64,000 nucleotides of DNA from Candidatus Nanohaloarchaea archaeon (lineage in GTDB: Archaea > Nanohalarchaeota > Nanosalinia > Nanosalinales > Nanosalinaceae): the NCBI GenBank assembly GCA_013343275.1, contig CP046106.1, positions 672,001-736,000 on the forward strand, given 5' to 3'. The notes beneath the pieces were generated by a model. The model did no database searches. It had not been told where the DNA came from and saw only the letters and a program-made list of their open reading frames with translations. This document shows positions 1 through 10,058 of this stretch, piece after piece (position 1 is the first letter of the stretch; every line of letters begins with the position of its first letter). The translations under genes and the position numbers were made by a program.

Positions 1-126
1 GCGACCGGTCTCGTACCTCAGAGGATCATCACGGCAATTATTGAGAACAATATGACTGAGAAAGGAGTGAAGATTCCAGAGGCATTACAGGATTACATGG
101 GTGGGAAAGAGTACCTGGAAGTTTAG
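1..126 (+). CDS. serS: Seryl-tRNA synthetase, C-terminal fragment (5'-truncated by window)
   Basis: Frame +1 reads ATGLVPQRIITAIIENNMTEKGVKIPEALQDYMGGKEYLEV*, matching the SerRS motif-3/C-terminal pattern (N/ATGLA..R...AI.EN......V.IP.AL..YM). Confidence 0.85.
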   Translation, partial: ATGLVPQRIITAIIENNMTEKGVKIPEALQDYMGGKEYLEV

Positions 127-184
127 ATAGAAGATCAGGAGAATAGAGGAGGAGTAAAAATATTCCTCTCTTATTCCCTTTCTT

Positions 185-703
185 TTACTGGAGGCCTGCG
201 TCGTAGTTGCTTCCGAATGCGCGGTCGCCTTCGCTGGATGAATGGCCTACGATCTCTTTGCTTTCTTCATCATTGAAGAGTCCCGAGAAAGCATTCATGG
301 CTTCTTCGCTTTCAAAACCTGTGGCCCATCTATCGTATTCCGGGCCTTCTGTGTGAGGTTCTTTATCTTCAGGTCTCTGACCATTTTGATCGTAGTGCGA
401 AGGATTGTTGCCCGGCCTGTCCATTGTTACTCCTGCGACTCTTTCAAATTCTACAACCCTTGGATCTTTATCCAGATCAACTGGCGAGGAAATTTCGGAT
501 TCTTCGGAGCCGTAGAGCACATCTCTAAGCTCTTCAGGTTCAACTCCGACATCTTCAGCAGCTTCTTCTACTGAGTCGTATCTTTCTTCCCCTATATAGA
601 CTGCTGGTTCGTCTTCTGGAATATCAATATCGTCAGGACTCTCAAATCTGTCTTGCCAGAATTCTTCGTTTGTCTTGGCGTACTCAGGTTTTCTATCTAC
701 CAT
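185..703 (-). CDS. Acidic hypothetical protein (172 aa), possible small HTH-like segment
   Basis: Acidic ORF with a GGAGG RBS. YDSVEEAAEDVGVEPEELRDVL resembles an HTH. Confidence 0.65.
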   Translation of the reverse strand: MVDRKPEYAKTNEEFWQDRFESPDDIDIPEDEPAVYIGEERYDSVEEAAEDVGVEPEELRDVLYGSEESEISSPVDLDKDPRVVEFERVAGVTMDRPGNNPSHYDQNGQRPEDKEPHTEGPEYDRWATGFESEEAMNAFSGLFNDEESKEIVGHSSSEGDRAFGSNYDAGLQ

Positions 704-777
704 CAGTACCGGCCTCCTGTTTTTTCTACTGATTTTAAATGGTTGAATACCATAGAGTTGTGTTGTAGTTGTTTCAT
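703..777 (-). CDS. 24-aa leader ORF MKQLQHNSMVFNHLKSVEKTGGRY
   Basis: GGTGA RBS upstream (786-790, minus strand). Its TGA overlaps the ATG of 185..703 (TGATG). Confidence 0.45.
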   Translation of the reverse strand: MKQLQHNSMVFNHLKSVEKTGGRY

Positions 778-1035
778 GTGTATTGTCACCTTTTAGAATT
801 TTTACAGCAGTAGAACTAGCAGCAGTAGAGCCACAAGTTCCACAGAAGCTTTGGAGTTAGAGAAAAAGCTATCGTAGCAGAACGCATCCACCCTTAGGCA
901 CAAAACAACCACCTGAAGTCGTGTCTGCGTTCATAGGACTACTTTGAAGGATAGTTCTTATAAAACCTCTGTTCTCGCCTACAACCTAAACAAAGTGAAT
1001 GCGGAGCAACAAATAGGTTTTAAGGTGAAGACACT

Positions 1036-1245
1036 ATGAGCGTTATGGAAGCTCTTTCCGAGCTACTGGAAAGTGTAGTGGCCTATGTAGTAATGATTCT
1101 GCTGGGAGTAGTATCCTTCTTTGTAACCGTATTCATAGTGAAGTACGGAGCAGATCTGGCAGGTTACGCACCGAGCGGAGACTTCGCAGTCCTTTCAGCA
1201 GCACTGCTGGTAGCAGCATCTATGCTGTCGGGTTCAATGAGGTAG
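1036..1245 (+). CDS. Small two-TM membrane protein
   Basis: 69-aa hydrophobic ORF with an AGGTGA RBS. Confidence 0.75.
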   Translation: MSVMEALSELLESVVAYVVMILLGVVSFFVTVFIVKYGADLAGYAPSGDFAVLSAALLVAASMLSGSMR

Positions 1246-1327
1246 TAAAATTCCGCAGTAAAAACTTCCTTTTCCAATTTTTTCTTCCTTTCAAACAAAC
1301 CCTTTCTTCTTTTAAGCTTCTCAGTTC

Positions 1328-3397
1328 ATGGATAAATCAATGGCAACGACAGTAATGATTGGTGAGAAACCCAAGGTAGCAAGCCGTATAGCCCAGGCAC
1401 TGGGAGATTATTCCATAAAAGAGAACCGTGGAGTGAAGAACTACGTAATCGACAAAGGGGGGAACGACAGAATAATTATTGCACCAGCAGTAGGCCATAT
1501 CTTCAATCTCGAACAGATCAGCGAAGGATGGGACTACCCTGTATTCGACGTTGAATGGGTTCCAACTTTTGAAACCGATGATTCTGCTGACTACATGAAA
1601 AAATACTACAACAATCTACGAGACCAGATCGAAAAGGCCGACGAATACATCAACGCATGCGACTTTGACCTTGAAGGATCCGTCATCGGAGCCAACGTTA
1701 TCAAACAGATCGCTGACGCGCCCGAAGAAAGAATCAAGAGGATGAAGTTCTCAACACTGACTCCAAGCGATCTGCAGGAGGCCTACGACAACCTGGAGGA
1801 CTACGACAGAGGAATGACCGAGGCTGGATTTACAAGACACTATCTGGATTTCTACTATGGTGTAAATGTTTCGAGAGCACTGATGCAGGCTGTCAGAGAG
1901 AACGATCGGTACAAGACCTTGTCCACCGGACGAGTGCAGGGCCCGGCATTAAAGGTTCTTGCGGACAGAGAGCGCGAGATCATGGAGTTCGAACCGGATC
2001 CTTACTGGGAGATCTACCTGATCCACGAAGAGTTCGAGGCCCAGTGGGAGGACGACGAAGACCGTATCTGGAACGAAGACGTAGCTGAAGGGGTATTCAA
2101 CAGAGTCAAGGATGCGAAAAAGACTCACGTCTCCAACATCAAAATCAATAACTACAAGCACAACCCGCCAATCCCTTTCAACCTGACAGGCCTTCAGAAA
2201 GAGGCCTCTTCGCAGTTCAACATCAACCCTAAACAGACTCAGGCTATTGCACAGACACTTTACGAGAACGGCCTGATCAGTTATCCTCGTACCGAGTCAC
2301 AGAAGCTGCCGCCGAAGATCGGGTACAAAAATATACTTAACAAGCTGAAGAAGCAGGACAAGCTGGAAGAACCTGCCAAGAAGGTTCTGGACAAGGATGA
2401 CGATGATCTGTACACCCGGCAGGGTAAGAAAGAGGACGATGCGCACCCTGCAATCTATCCTACAGGCGAGCATCCTTCAGGCCTTTCGAAGAGAGAAGGC
2501 CAAGTCTATGACTTGATTGCGAAGCGTTTCTTCGCGGTCTTCGGTGAGGCCGCTCAGAGACAGTCGCTGACTCTAACCCTTGATGTCGAAGGCCACGAGT
2601 TCAAGGCGAAGTCGAAGGTCACCAAGGAACGTAACTGGTTCGATCTCTACGATCCATATGTTAATGTGGAGGAGGCAGAGCTTCCAGGCCTTGAAGAAGG
2701 AGAGGTTCTTGACATCGAGGATTTCAGACTGGATGAGAAAGAGACTCAGCCACCTAGAAGGTACTCTCAGTCAGGTATTGTCTCCGAGCTGGAGAAGAAA
2801 AATCTGGGTACAAAGGCCACAAGAGCTCAGGTAGTTGATCGACTTTACAACAGGAACTACATTGAGGAAGATCCTATCGAGGTATCTGATCTAGGGCTGA
2901 CCATCGTCAAGACTCTGGAGGAGTACTCTCCAAGCCTCCTAAGCGAAGAATTAACCCGTGAGTTCGAGGAGAACATGCAGGCTATCAGAAACGAGGAAGA
3001 TTCCCGAGAGGAAGTTCTTTCGAAGGCCCGCGAGGAGTTGAAGGAGACTCTTGAGAACTTCAAGGAGAACGAGGCCAAGATTGGTGCACAGCTCGTAGAT
3101 ACCATCGATTCCGAGAGGAAGAGAAGGAGAACTCTAGGGCCGTGTGAGAAATGTGAGGAAGAAGGCCGTGAAGACGGGAAGCTGAGGATTATCAAGTCTA
3201 ACGGCAGCAAGTTTGTAGGCTGCTCCAACTATCCGGACTGTGAGAACACTTATCCTCTTCCGAACAACGGGAAGATTTCCAGTCTTGATAAAGAATGTGA
3301 GACATGTGGTAAGCCTATGATCGATGTGCAGAGGAAGAAGGGCCGTGACTACCAGATGTGTATCGACCCTGACTGCGCTAGTAAAGATGACTGGTAG
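1328..3397 (+). CDS. topA: DNA topoisomerase IA
   Basis: Toprim (EKP, D-x-D-x-EG), GRVQGP, catalytic ISYPRTES, C-terminal Zn ribbons. Confidence 0.97.
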   Translation: MDKSMATTVMIGEKPKVASRIAQALGDYSIKENRGVKNYVIDKGGNDRIIIAPAVGHIFNLEQISEGWDYPVFDVEWVPTFETDDSADYMKKYYNNLRDQIEKADEYINACDFDLEGSVIGANVIKQIADAPEERIKRMKFSTLTPSDLQEAYDNLEDYDRGMTEAGFTRHYLDFYYGVNVSRALMQAVRENDRYKTLSTGRVQGPALKVLADREREIMEFEPDPYWEIYLIHEEFEAQWEDDEDRIWNEDVAEGVFNRVKDAKKTHVSNIKINNYKHNPPIPFNLTGLQKEASSQFNINPKQTQAIAQTLYENGLISYPRTESQKLPPKIGYKNILNKLKKQDKLEEPAKKVLDKDDDDLYTRQGKKEDDAHPAIYPTGEHPSGLSKREGQVYDLIAKRFFAVFGEAAQRQSLTLTLDVEGHEFKAKSKVTKERNWFDLYDPYVNVEEAELPGLEEGEVLDIEDFRLDEKETQPPRRYSQSGIVSELEKKNLGTKATRAQVVDRLYNRNYIEEDPIEVSDLGLTIVKTLEEYSPSLLSEELTREFEENMQAIRNEEDSREEVLSKAREELKETLENFKENEAKIGAQLVDTIDSERKRRRTLGPCEKCEEEGREDGKLRIIKSNGSKFVGCSNYPDCENTYPLPNNGKISSLDKECETCGKPMIDVQRKKGRDYQMCIDPDCASKDDW

Positions 3398-3398
3398 A

Positions 3399-3677
3399 TT
3401 ACTTGTCCATCATCGTTCTCTCTGCATCAACAGCAGTGTCGATCAGAAGACGGCCTAGCTGGCGTCCTCGCTCCCTTGGTAAATCTCTTTTCTCGAAGAG
3501 ATCGCCGAACTGCTGCATAACCTGTTCCTCTCTGTCCTCATCTTTGACGTTCATATCGTTCTCTTCCTTGTACTCAACTACTTTGACGACCTCTTCCATC
3601 CTGTCGGCAACCTTATCAGCAATTTCTCTATTGATTTCATCGATATTCTGTCTCGCGTCTTCAAGCAGATCGGTCAT
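3399..3677 (-). CDS. Chorismate mutase (AroQ type)
   Basis: LEDARQNIDEINREI...R...K...D.DRE.QV pattern; lies in an operon with tyrA and pheA. Confidence 0.88.
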   Translation of the reverse strand: MTDLLEDARQNIDEINREIADKVADRMEEVVKVVEYKEENDMNVKDEDREEQVMQQFGDLFEKRDLPRERGRQLGRLLIDTAVDAERTMMDK

Positions 3678-3718
3678 ACCTTACACCTTGAAACTCTCTG
3701 AACTTCAAATTTACGCAT
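3674..3718 (-). CDS. Intercistronic mini-ORF MRKFEVQRVSRCKV
   Basis: Starts 1 nt after the tyrA TAG with GAGGT 8 nt upstream. Its stop overlaps the chorismate mutase start (ATGA). Confidence 0.45.
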   Translation of the reverse strand: MRKFEVQRVSRCKV

Positions 3719-3719
3719 C

Positions 3720-4574
3720 CTACCGGACCTCATCAGACAGGAACTCGATAACCAGATCAGTCCTGTTCTGAGCACCCTCCAGATCAAACTCGTCGCCAAG
3801 CTCATCGAACTTCTCTGCAAAGGCCTCCTCATCACCAACAATCTCTCTGATATCCTCCGCAGAATCAATGAATCGTTCACGAACGTCCTCGTTCTCCGGG
3901 TTCTCGGCCTGAATACTGCCGTACAGACCTGGCTTCTGGTTCAGCATCCTCGCAGTCAGATCGGTAATCAGCTGATAGACCGGAGAGGAGAACTCCTCCA
4001 TGTCGTCGCCGGAAAGCTCCGACTTCCTGATAACATCGGCAACAACCAGCTCAGAGAAATGCATCAATCCCTGAACCAAGCTCATGGCCTTATCATGAAC
4101 CTCTGGCTCAGTGAAGTGGAGATCAGCGCCGTGCTCCTCCCAGAACTCCTCCATCTCAGACCACTTCTTCCCTCTCTCAGGACACATAACAACTTTCTGG
4201 CCTTTAACCGAGTTGCTCGGAGCATACATCGGATGCATACCAAGAACCTCATCCGAATACTCCCTCATGGCCTCCGTCGGCATCTGCTTCACACTGGTAA
4301 TATCACATAAAAGCGCATCATCGGGGACATGAGGCCCTACCTCATGTATAACTTCTTCCGTAACTGCGATCGGAACTGCGATAATAACTACATCAGCATC
4401 TTCAACTATTTCGGTGCTCGGGCCGTAGCTCCAGCCTCTTTCCTCTGCAACTTCTTGTGCATCCTCTACAGTCTTGCCGGAGATGAAGATCTCGTTTTTC
4501 TCATCCATTCTTTCTCCCAGATGCCGGCCGAACTGTCCTGTACCTCCAACAATCGCGATCTTTCTATCAATCAC
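3720..4574 (-). CDS. tyrA: Prephenate/arogenate dehydrogenase
   Basis: GGTGQFG Rossmann motif, DITSVK, HPMY, HDKAMS..QGL.H. Confidence 0.93.
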   Translation of the reverse strand: MIDRKIAIVGGTGQFGRHLGERMDEKNEIFISGKTVEDAQEVAEERGWSYGPSTEIVEDADVVIIAVPIAVTEEVIHEVGPHVPDDALLCDITSVKQMPTEAMREYSDEVLGMHPMYAPSNSVKGQKVVMCPERGKKWSEMEEFWEEHGADLHFTEPEVHDKAMSLVQGLMHFSELVVADVIRKSELSGDDMEEFSSPVYQLITDLTARMLNQKPGLYGSIQAENPENEDVRERFIDSAEDIREIVGDEEAFAEKFDELGDEFDLEGAQNRTDLVIEFLSDEVR

Positions 4575-4640
4575 TCGAAATCGCCTCGATTTCTGTGTGA
4601 CCAGAAAATATCAGATTTTCGGATCACTCGAAATCACCTC
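4570..4640. repeat. 18-bp direct repeat (17/18) duplicating the RBS/stop/start junction
   Basis: atcactcgaaatcgcctc at 4570-4587 and atcactcgaaatcacctc at 4623-4640. Confidence 0.85.
4571..4627 (-). CDS. Intercistronic mini-ORF (M)IRKSDIFWSHRNRGDFE
   Basis: GTG overlaps the aminotransferase TGA, and its own TGA overlaps the tyrA GTG (GTGA at both ends). Confidence 0.45.
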   Translation of the reverse strand: MIRKSDIFWSHRNRGDFE

Positions 4641-5730
4641 TTTCTTCAAGCCTGTCAAAGGCCTTGTCGATTTCCTCTATCGTAGTTGAGCCGAAACAGA
4701 TTCTGACGTTTTGATCGCTGTCAGGCCCCATCGGCTCGCCGGGCACCATTGCAACTCCTTGTTCAATCATCTCCATGCAGAAATCCCAGGAATCCTCTCC
4801 GACCTCAGGGAATGCATAGATTGCTCCCTCTGGTGCGACAAAGTCCCATCCAAGATCATTCATCCGTTCTACAAGAAGATCTCTGCGGCCCTCATAGGCC
4901 TCTCTCATCTCCTCTACATGAGAATCATTTTGGAGAGCTTCTATCGCCGCATACTGTGAAATTCTTGGAGGGCATGCAGTAGAGGCTCGAGAGACTTTTG
5001 CGTATTCTTCGATATTTTCCGGATCATCGACCAGCCAGCCAACTCTCCAGCCGGTCATCGCATGATTTTTCGAGGCCGAACCGATTATCGCCGCGTTCTC
5101 CGCGTAAGCTGCAGGTGAGAAATGTTCACGGCCGTAAGTCAGTCTATGGTATACCTCATCGGAAACCAGAAAAGTATCATTTTCTTCAGCTACCTCCGCA
5201 ATTTTGCGGGCCTGATCCTCGTTAAGAACGTATCCAGTAGGATTTCCAGGCGTGTTAACGATCACAAGGTCGGCCTCTGCAATTTCCTCTCTGGCTTCTT
5301 CTCTAAGTTCTCTGTCGTCGTTCCAGTACTGTACCTGGCTCCATTCATTTTCCGAGACCTCGGAGATCATCTTGTAAGGTCCCCAGCATGGATCATTGAA
5401 AACTGCTTTATCCTCAGCACCAAGTCGGGCCGCCATTATCGCGTAGAGAGCACCCATACCACCGGTAGTAACCATTACCTCTTCACCGGAGACATTAAGC
5501 CCTTTCTTGCCCGATTCTTCCTCTGCAACAGCTTCTCTAAGCTCTTCGAGGCCCAGCATCGGAGAGTATCCCTGTTTCTCTTCCAGGCCTTCTCTAGCTG
5601 CTTCTTTAACATGTTCTGGCGTGTCGAATGATGGCTGGCCTATGTCGAACCTGACGATGTCGTCCTGTTTTGCTGCTTTTTCCGAAATTTTTCTTATTGA
5701 AAGATTGATGTTCTGTATTCGTTCTCGCAT
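4624..5730 (-). CDS. PLP-dependent class I/II (aspartate/aromatic) aminotransferase
   Basis: NTPGNPTG, SDEVY, SASKNHAMTGWRVG (PLP lysine). Confidence 0.93.
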   Translation of the reverse strand: MRERIQNINLSIRKISEKAAKQDDIVRFDIGQPSFDTPEHVKEAAREGLEEKQGYSPMLGLEELREAVAEEESGKKGLNVSGEEVMVTTGGMGALYAIMAARLGAEDKAVFNDPCWGPYKMISEVSENEWSQVQYWNDDRELREEAREEIAEADLVIVNTPGNPTGYVLNEDQARKIAEVAEENDTFLVSDEVYHRLTYGREHFSPAAYAENAAIIGSASKNHAMTGWRVGWLVDDPENIEEYAKVSRASTACPPRISQYAAIEALQNDSHVEEMREAYEGRRDLLVERMNDLGWDFVAPEGAIYAFPEVGEDSWDFCMEMIEQGVAMVPGEPMGPDSDQNVRICFGSTTIEEIDKAFDRLEERGDFE

Positions 5731-5738
5731 TTTTTGAT

Positions 5739-6518
5739 CTACTCCGGCATCTCCGCCGAACTGTAACTTCCAAGATTTTGGACCTCTCCGTAGGTTTCAA
5801 GGCACTTTAAGGCCTTTTGCAGCCGGCCATTCGCTGTCTCGGCCTCAACATAGAAGAAGTACTCTCCAAGTTTTTCCTTCGTAGGCCGTGACTGTATGTG
5901 GCTCAGGTTAATCTCGTGGCCAGAAAAACACGACAGCATCGAGTGAAGCAGGCCCGGCCTGTCCTCTCCAGGTTTCAGTATCAGCGAAGTTTTCTCCTCG
6001 GCCTCTGGCTCTCCGTTAAGCACAAGGAATCTGGTGACATTCACATCCCTGTCCTGTACGGATTTCCTCAAAATGTTTTTTCCGTTCAGCTCTGCTGCGA
6101 TCTCCGAGGCCAGTGCTGCCTCGCCACTTCCAAGATTTTCAACTGCGTCGGCCGTCGAATTGGCCTCTTCTGTTTCCCATCCATACTCGTTAATTATTTC
6201 TTTGCACTGTGCAAGGGCCTGTGGGTGAGATTTCACTTTCTCAATATCTGAAATATCTTTTTCGTCGGAGATCAGTGCGTGTTGAATTCCTAGAATTACT
6301 TCGCCAGTGATTTTTTCGTCGCGTTCTTCCAGGAGATCGATGGTATCTGTTACCCCTCCGCCCAGCGAGTTCTCGATTGGTACAAATTTTTTCTCGGCTT
6401 CTGATTCGAAAACCTCTCTTATAGTTGAGCAGAACTGTGTTTCAAGGTTGTCAAAGTATTTTTCAGCTGCTTGATGTGTGTAAGTTCCGGAAGGGCCTAG
6501 AAGTGCGACCTTCACCAT
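5739..6518 (-). CDS. pheA: Prephenate dehydratase with ACT domain
   Basis: LGPSGTYTHQAA, VPIENS, SHPQALAQC, NVTRF, DRPGLL, SRP. Confidence 0.95.
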   Translation of the reverse strand: MVKVALLGPSGTYTHQAAEKYFDNLETQFCSTIREVFESEAEKKFVPIENSLGGGVTDTIDLLEERDEKITGEVILGIQHALISDEKDISDIEKVKSHPQALAQCKEIINEYGWETEEANSTADAVENLGSGEAALASEIAAELNGKNILRKSVQDRDVNVTRFLVLNGEPEAEEKTSLILKPGEDRPGLLHSMLSCFSGHEINLSHIQSRPTKEKLGEYFFYVEAETANGRLQKALKCLETYGEVQNLGSYSSAEMPE

Positions 6519-6586
6519 TTTTTCCTGCCTCCTGTGTGCATACCGTTGTTTTTCTTGTCAAACCTGTTAAATCTTTCAGGAGGACT

Positions 6587-7285
6587 CTAGAAGAGGCCTT
6601 TGTTCTCCGGTGTTTCAAGGCCGTCGTTGGTTATATCGAACTGTGTGGATCTTCCTTCAGGTATTGAACGGTGTTTGGCGACTTTGATCTTTCTGGTGCC
6701 GTCGGATTTCTCGGAGAGCTGGAGTAGGGCCTTCGACCAGTATTTTGGCACGTCTCTTCCTACGAGTTCCAGTTCGTCGTCATCAAAGCTTGTGTAGACC
6801 TGGTTGGTTATGACTACAGGGATTTCATGAGTCCTTGCTATCTTGGAGAGTTCGGATAGCTGGCGTGAAAGCCTCTGGTTGATCTCGGACGCGTTTTCGC
6901 CGTTAACCTGTAACCGGTACAGGGAAACCGCTGAATCCACTATAACGAGCTCCACGTTCTCAGATTCTACAACATCTGCCAGAGAATCTATGGCCTCTTC
7001 CTGCTCCTCGAAGTCTACAGGATCTCTCAGTAAAAGATTTTCGAGGGCCTTCTCTGATGCTACCTGTTCGAATCTTTCAGGCGAGAATCCTCCTTCTGTA
7101 TCGATGTATATTACTTTTCCACCGTTTTCTGCGACCGTGGCTGCTATCTGTATGCATACGTTGGTCTTCCCGGTTCCGGATCCTCCGTAGAAGTTGGTGA
7201 TGATCCCTTTCTCTATCCCGCCGTTCAGTAACTTGTCGACGGATTCACACCGAGTGGACACTCGCTCGACTTTCACAGGAAACAT
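6587..7285 (-). CDS. radB: DNA repair protein RadB
   Basis: GGSGTGKT Walker A, IDTEGG, VDS Walker B, TNQV, KHR basic patch; no N-terminal HhH domain. Confidence 0.93.
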   Translation of the reverse strand: MFPVKVERVSTRCESVDKLLNGGIEKGIITNFYGGSGTGKTNVCIQIAATVAENGGKVIYIDTEGGFSPERFEQVASEKALENLLLRDPVDFEEQEEAIDSLADVVESENVELVIVDSAVSLYRLQVNGENASEINQRLSRQLSELSKIARTHEIPVVITNQVYTSFDDDELELVGRDVPKYWSKALLQLSEKSDGTRKIKVAKHRSIPEGRSTQFDITNDGLETPENKGLF

Positions 7286-7383
7286 CTGGTTGGAAATCTT
7301 TTATCGTTACTCTTGAGGAAAAACTACTTTTTTACGGACGTAAACAAAAATCCATTTAAACTTTCACTGACTACTGTTATACT

Positions 7384-7737
7384 ATGTCAGAAGAGGCCTC
7401 TCTCCTCACGTACAACACGGAACGCGATAAGTTCGAGTCCGTGTACGAGAGAAACAAGTTTTACCGCGGGCTGTTCGGATATACCCAGACAGTGAAGCGG
7501 AACGGGAAGAAATACGAGTACGAGAAAGACGGTTTGATGGATGAGATTCCGAACGTCCGTATCGATGACTCTGTTTTTATCCTGTCAAATCAAGATGTTA
7601 AACGTGTAGAGGCATACTTTACAGACTGGGGAGAGAAGGTATCACACCATATTTTCAAGGTCCTTCTCCAGGACCAGAACATAATTCAGAAGATTCAACC
7701 AGACGAAACAGAAGGTGAAGAACAAGATGGCAGATAA
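7384..7737 (+). CDS. Hypothetical protein, possible Cas2/VapD-like ferredoxin fold
   Basis: LLTYN..., [14 protein letters not shown] pattern. The fold call is an inference. Confidence 0.6.
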   Translation: MSEEASLLTYNTERDKFESVYERNKFYRGLFGYTQTVKRNGKKYEYEKDGLMDEIPNVRIDDSVFILSNQDVKRVEAYFTDWGEKVSHHIFKVLLQDQNIIQKIQPDETEGEEQDGR

Positions 7738-10000
7738 CGACAACGAAGTAAAACTACGGGTTGGCGAAGTCCCTCCAAACGCCCAGCAAGACGTGGGCAA
7801 AGGAGTGATCAGGATAGACAGCAAAATCATGGAAGAACTAGGCGTCAGAGAAGGCGACGGAGTAATAGTAGAAGGAGACCGCGAAACAGCAGGAGTAGTC
7901 GCCAGAAGCTATCCTGCAGACAAAGGTCTCGGAATCGCCCGAATGGACGGATACATGAGGAAAAACGCAGGAACCAGCCTGGGAGAAAACGTAACAGTCA
8001 GCCCTGCCGAAGTAGAAGAAGCCGACAAAGTAGTGCTGGCGCCAGCCGAGGAAGGCGTAATGATGCAGGTATCCAACCCGAACTACTTCAAACGCGGATT
8101 AGGAGGCCGGATCCTGATGAAAGGAGACATCGTAGTACCAGGATCCAACAGAGATATGTCACCAAGCCTCTTTGACGAGTTTATGGGCGGAGGCGCCGAC
8201 AACATGAGGTTCGGATTCGGAGACCTCAAACTTTCAGTTGTAAACACAAAGCCGAAAGGCGCAGTCAAGATTACAGACGAAACGGAGATCGAAATGAAAC
8301 AACAAGCAGTAGAACCAAGCCAGACAGAAGTAAGCGTACCAGAGGTAACCTACGAAGATATCGGAGGTCTCGACGAAGAAGTACAGAAAGTCAGAGAAAT
8401 GATCGAGCTACCTCTCAAACACCCGGAAGTATTCCAGCAACTGGGAATCAGCGCACCAAGTGGAGTGCTACTGCACGGCCCGCCAGGAACAGGAAAAACA
8501 CTTCTTGCAAAGGCTGTAGCAAACGAGGCCGACGCAACCTTCCTCTCAATCGACGGCCCGGAAATCATGTCCAAATACTACGGAGAATCAGAGAAACAGC
8601 TGCGCGAAAAGTTCGAGGAAGCTCAGGAAGGAGCGCCAGCAATCATCTTCATCGACGAAATCGATGCAATCGCACCGAAGAGAAGTGACTCGGGCGGAGA
8701 AGTAGAACGCAGGGTAGTCTCAACCTTGCTCAGCGAGATGGATGGCCTGGAAGAAAGAGAAAACGTTATCGTCATCGCAGCAACTAACCGCGTTGACCAC
8801 ATCGATCCAGCACTGCGTAGAGGAGGCCGTTTCGACAGAGAGATCGAGATAGGGGTTCCAAACCGCGAAGGCCGTAAAGAGATCATGCAAGTCCATACAC
8901 GCAACATGCCGATGGATGACGACGTCGACCTTGACGAGATCGCAGACATGACCCACGGATACGTAGGAGCTGACCTCGAAGCGCTGTGCAAAGAAGCTGC
9001 TATGAGCGTGATACGGGGCGTGCTTCCAGAGATCGATATGGACGAAGAAATTCCAAGCGAGGTACTGGAGCAACTCGTTGTTGACAGAGACGCAATGGTC
9101 GAAGGAATGCGGATGGTAGAGCCATCGCAGATGAGAGAAGTCATGGTCGAAGTACCGAAGACCAGCTGGGACGACATCGGAGGCCTCAACGAAACAAAAG
9201 AGCGCCTACGTGAAATGGTTGAATGGCCGCAGAAATACCCTGAAAGATTCGAACGCATGGGAATCGACGTACCAAAAGGCATCCTGCTCTATGGAATGCC
9301 GGGAACAGGAAAAACCATGCTTGCCAAGGCCGTAGCAAACGAATCAGACTCAAACTTCATCTCAATCAAAGGCCCGGAGATTTTCTCCAAGTACGTCGGA
9401 GAATCAGAGGAATCTGTCAGAGAAATCTTCAAGAAGGCCCGCCAGGTAGCACCCTGCATCCTGTTCATCGACGAAATCGATGCAATCGCACCACGCAGAG
9501 GAGGCCGTAACTCAGATTCCGGTGTAGGAGACCGCGTAGTCAACCAATTACTGACAGAGCTCGACGGAATCGAGGCCCTTGAAGGAGTAACAGTTATTGC
9601 AGCAACCAACAGACCTGACATGATTGATCCAGCTATTATGCGTACAGGAAGGATTGATCGTAGCGTGGAAATCCCTATTCCAGACATGGAGGCCCGCAGA
9701 AAGATCTTCGAGGTTCATACAGAAGATATGCCTCTTGCAGATGATGTAGATCTCGACGAGTTAGCTGAGAAAGCAGATAACTGTGTAGGCAGTGATATCG
9801 AGTCGATCTGCAGAGAAGCCGGCATGAACGCTCTGCGTTCAGATACAGAAAGCGATGAAGTAACCATGGAAGACTTTGAGGAAGCAATGAGCGGTACCAG
9901 GCCTACTGCTACCGATGAGAACGTAGAGAACTACAAGGCTATGACGGAGAAGATGAGAGAACTGGAGACAGAGGAAGAGATTCCTGATTACTACGCATAA
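7727..10000 (+). CDS. cdc48: CDC48/VCP AAA+ ATPase
   Basis: N-domain plus two AAA modules ([22 protein letters not shown]). ATG at 7727 follows a GGTGA RBS. Confidence 0.97.
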   Translation: MADNDNEVKLRVGEVPPNAQQDVGKGVIRIDSKIMEELGVREGDGVIVEGDRETAGVVARSYPADKGLGIARMDGYMRKNAGTSLGENVTVSPAEVEEADKVVLAPAEEGVMMQVSNPNYFKRGLGGRILMKGDIVVPGSNRDMSPSLFDEFMGGGADNMRFGFGDLKLSVVNTKPKGAVKITDETEIEMKQQAVEPSQTEVSVPEVTYEDIGGLDEEVQKVREMIELPLKHPEVFQQLGISAPSGVLLHGPPGTGKTLLAKAVANEADATFLSIDGPEIMSKYYGESEKQLREKFEEAQEGAPAIIFIDEIDAIAPKRSDSGGEVERRVVSTLLSEMDGLEERENVIVIAATNRVDHIDPALRRGGRFDREIEIGVPNREGRKEIMQVHTRNMPMDDDVDLDEIADMTHGYVGADLEALCKEAAMSVIRGVLPEIDMDEEIPSEVLEQLVVDRDAMVEGMRMVEPSQMREVMVEVPKTSWDDIGGLNETKERLREMVEWPQKYPERFERMGIDVPKGILLYGMPGTGKTMLAKAVANESDSNFISIKGPEIFSKYVGESEESVREIFKKARQVAPCILFIDEIDAIAPRRGGRNSDSGVGDRVVNQLLTELDGIEALEGVTVIAATNRPDMIDPAIMRTGRIDRSVEIPIPDMEARRKIFEVHTEDMPLADDVDLDELAEKADNCVGSDIESICREAGMNALRSDTESDEVTMEDFEEAMSGTRPTATDENVENYKAMTEKMRELETEEEIPDYYA

Positions 10001-10058
10001 TCAGGCCTCCTCTCCCTTTCCCTTTTCCTTATTAATTCTGCTTTCTCAATGATTTACC

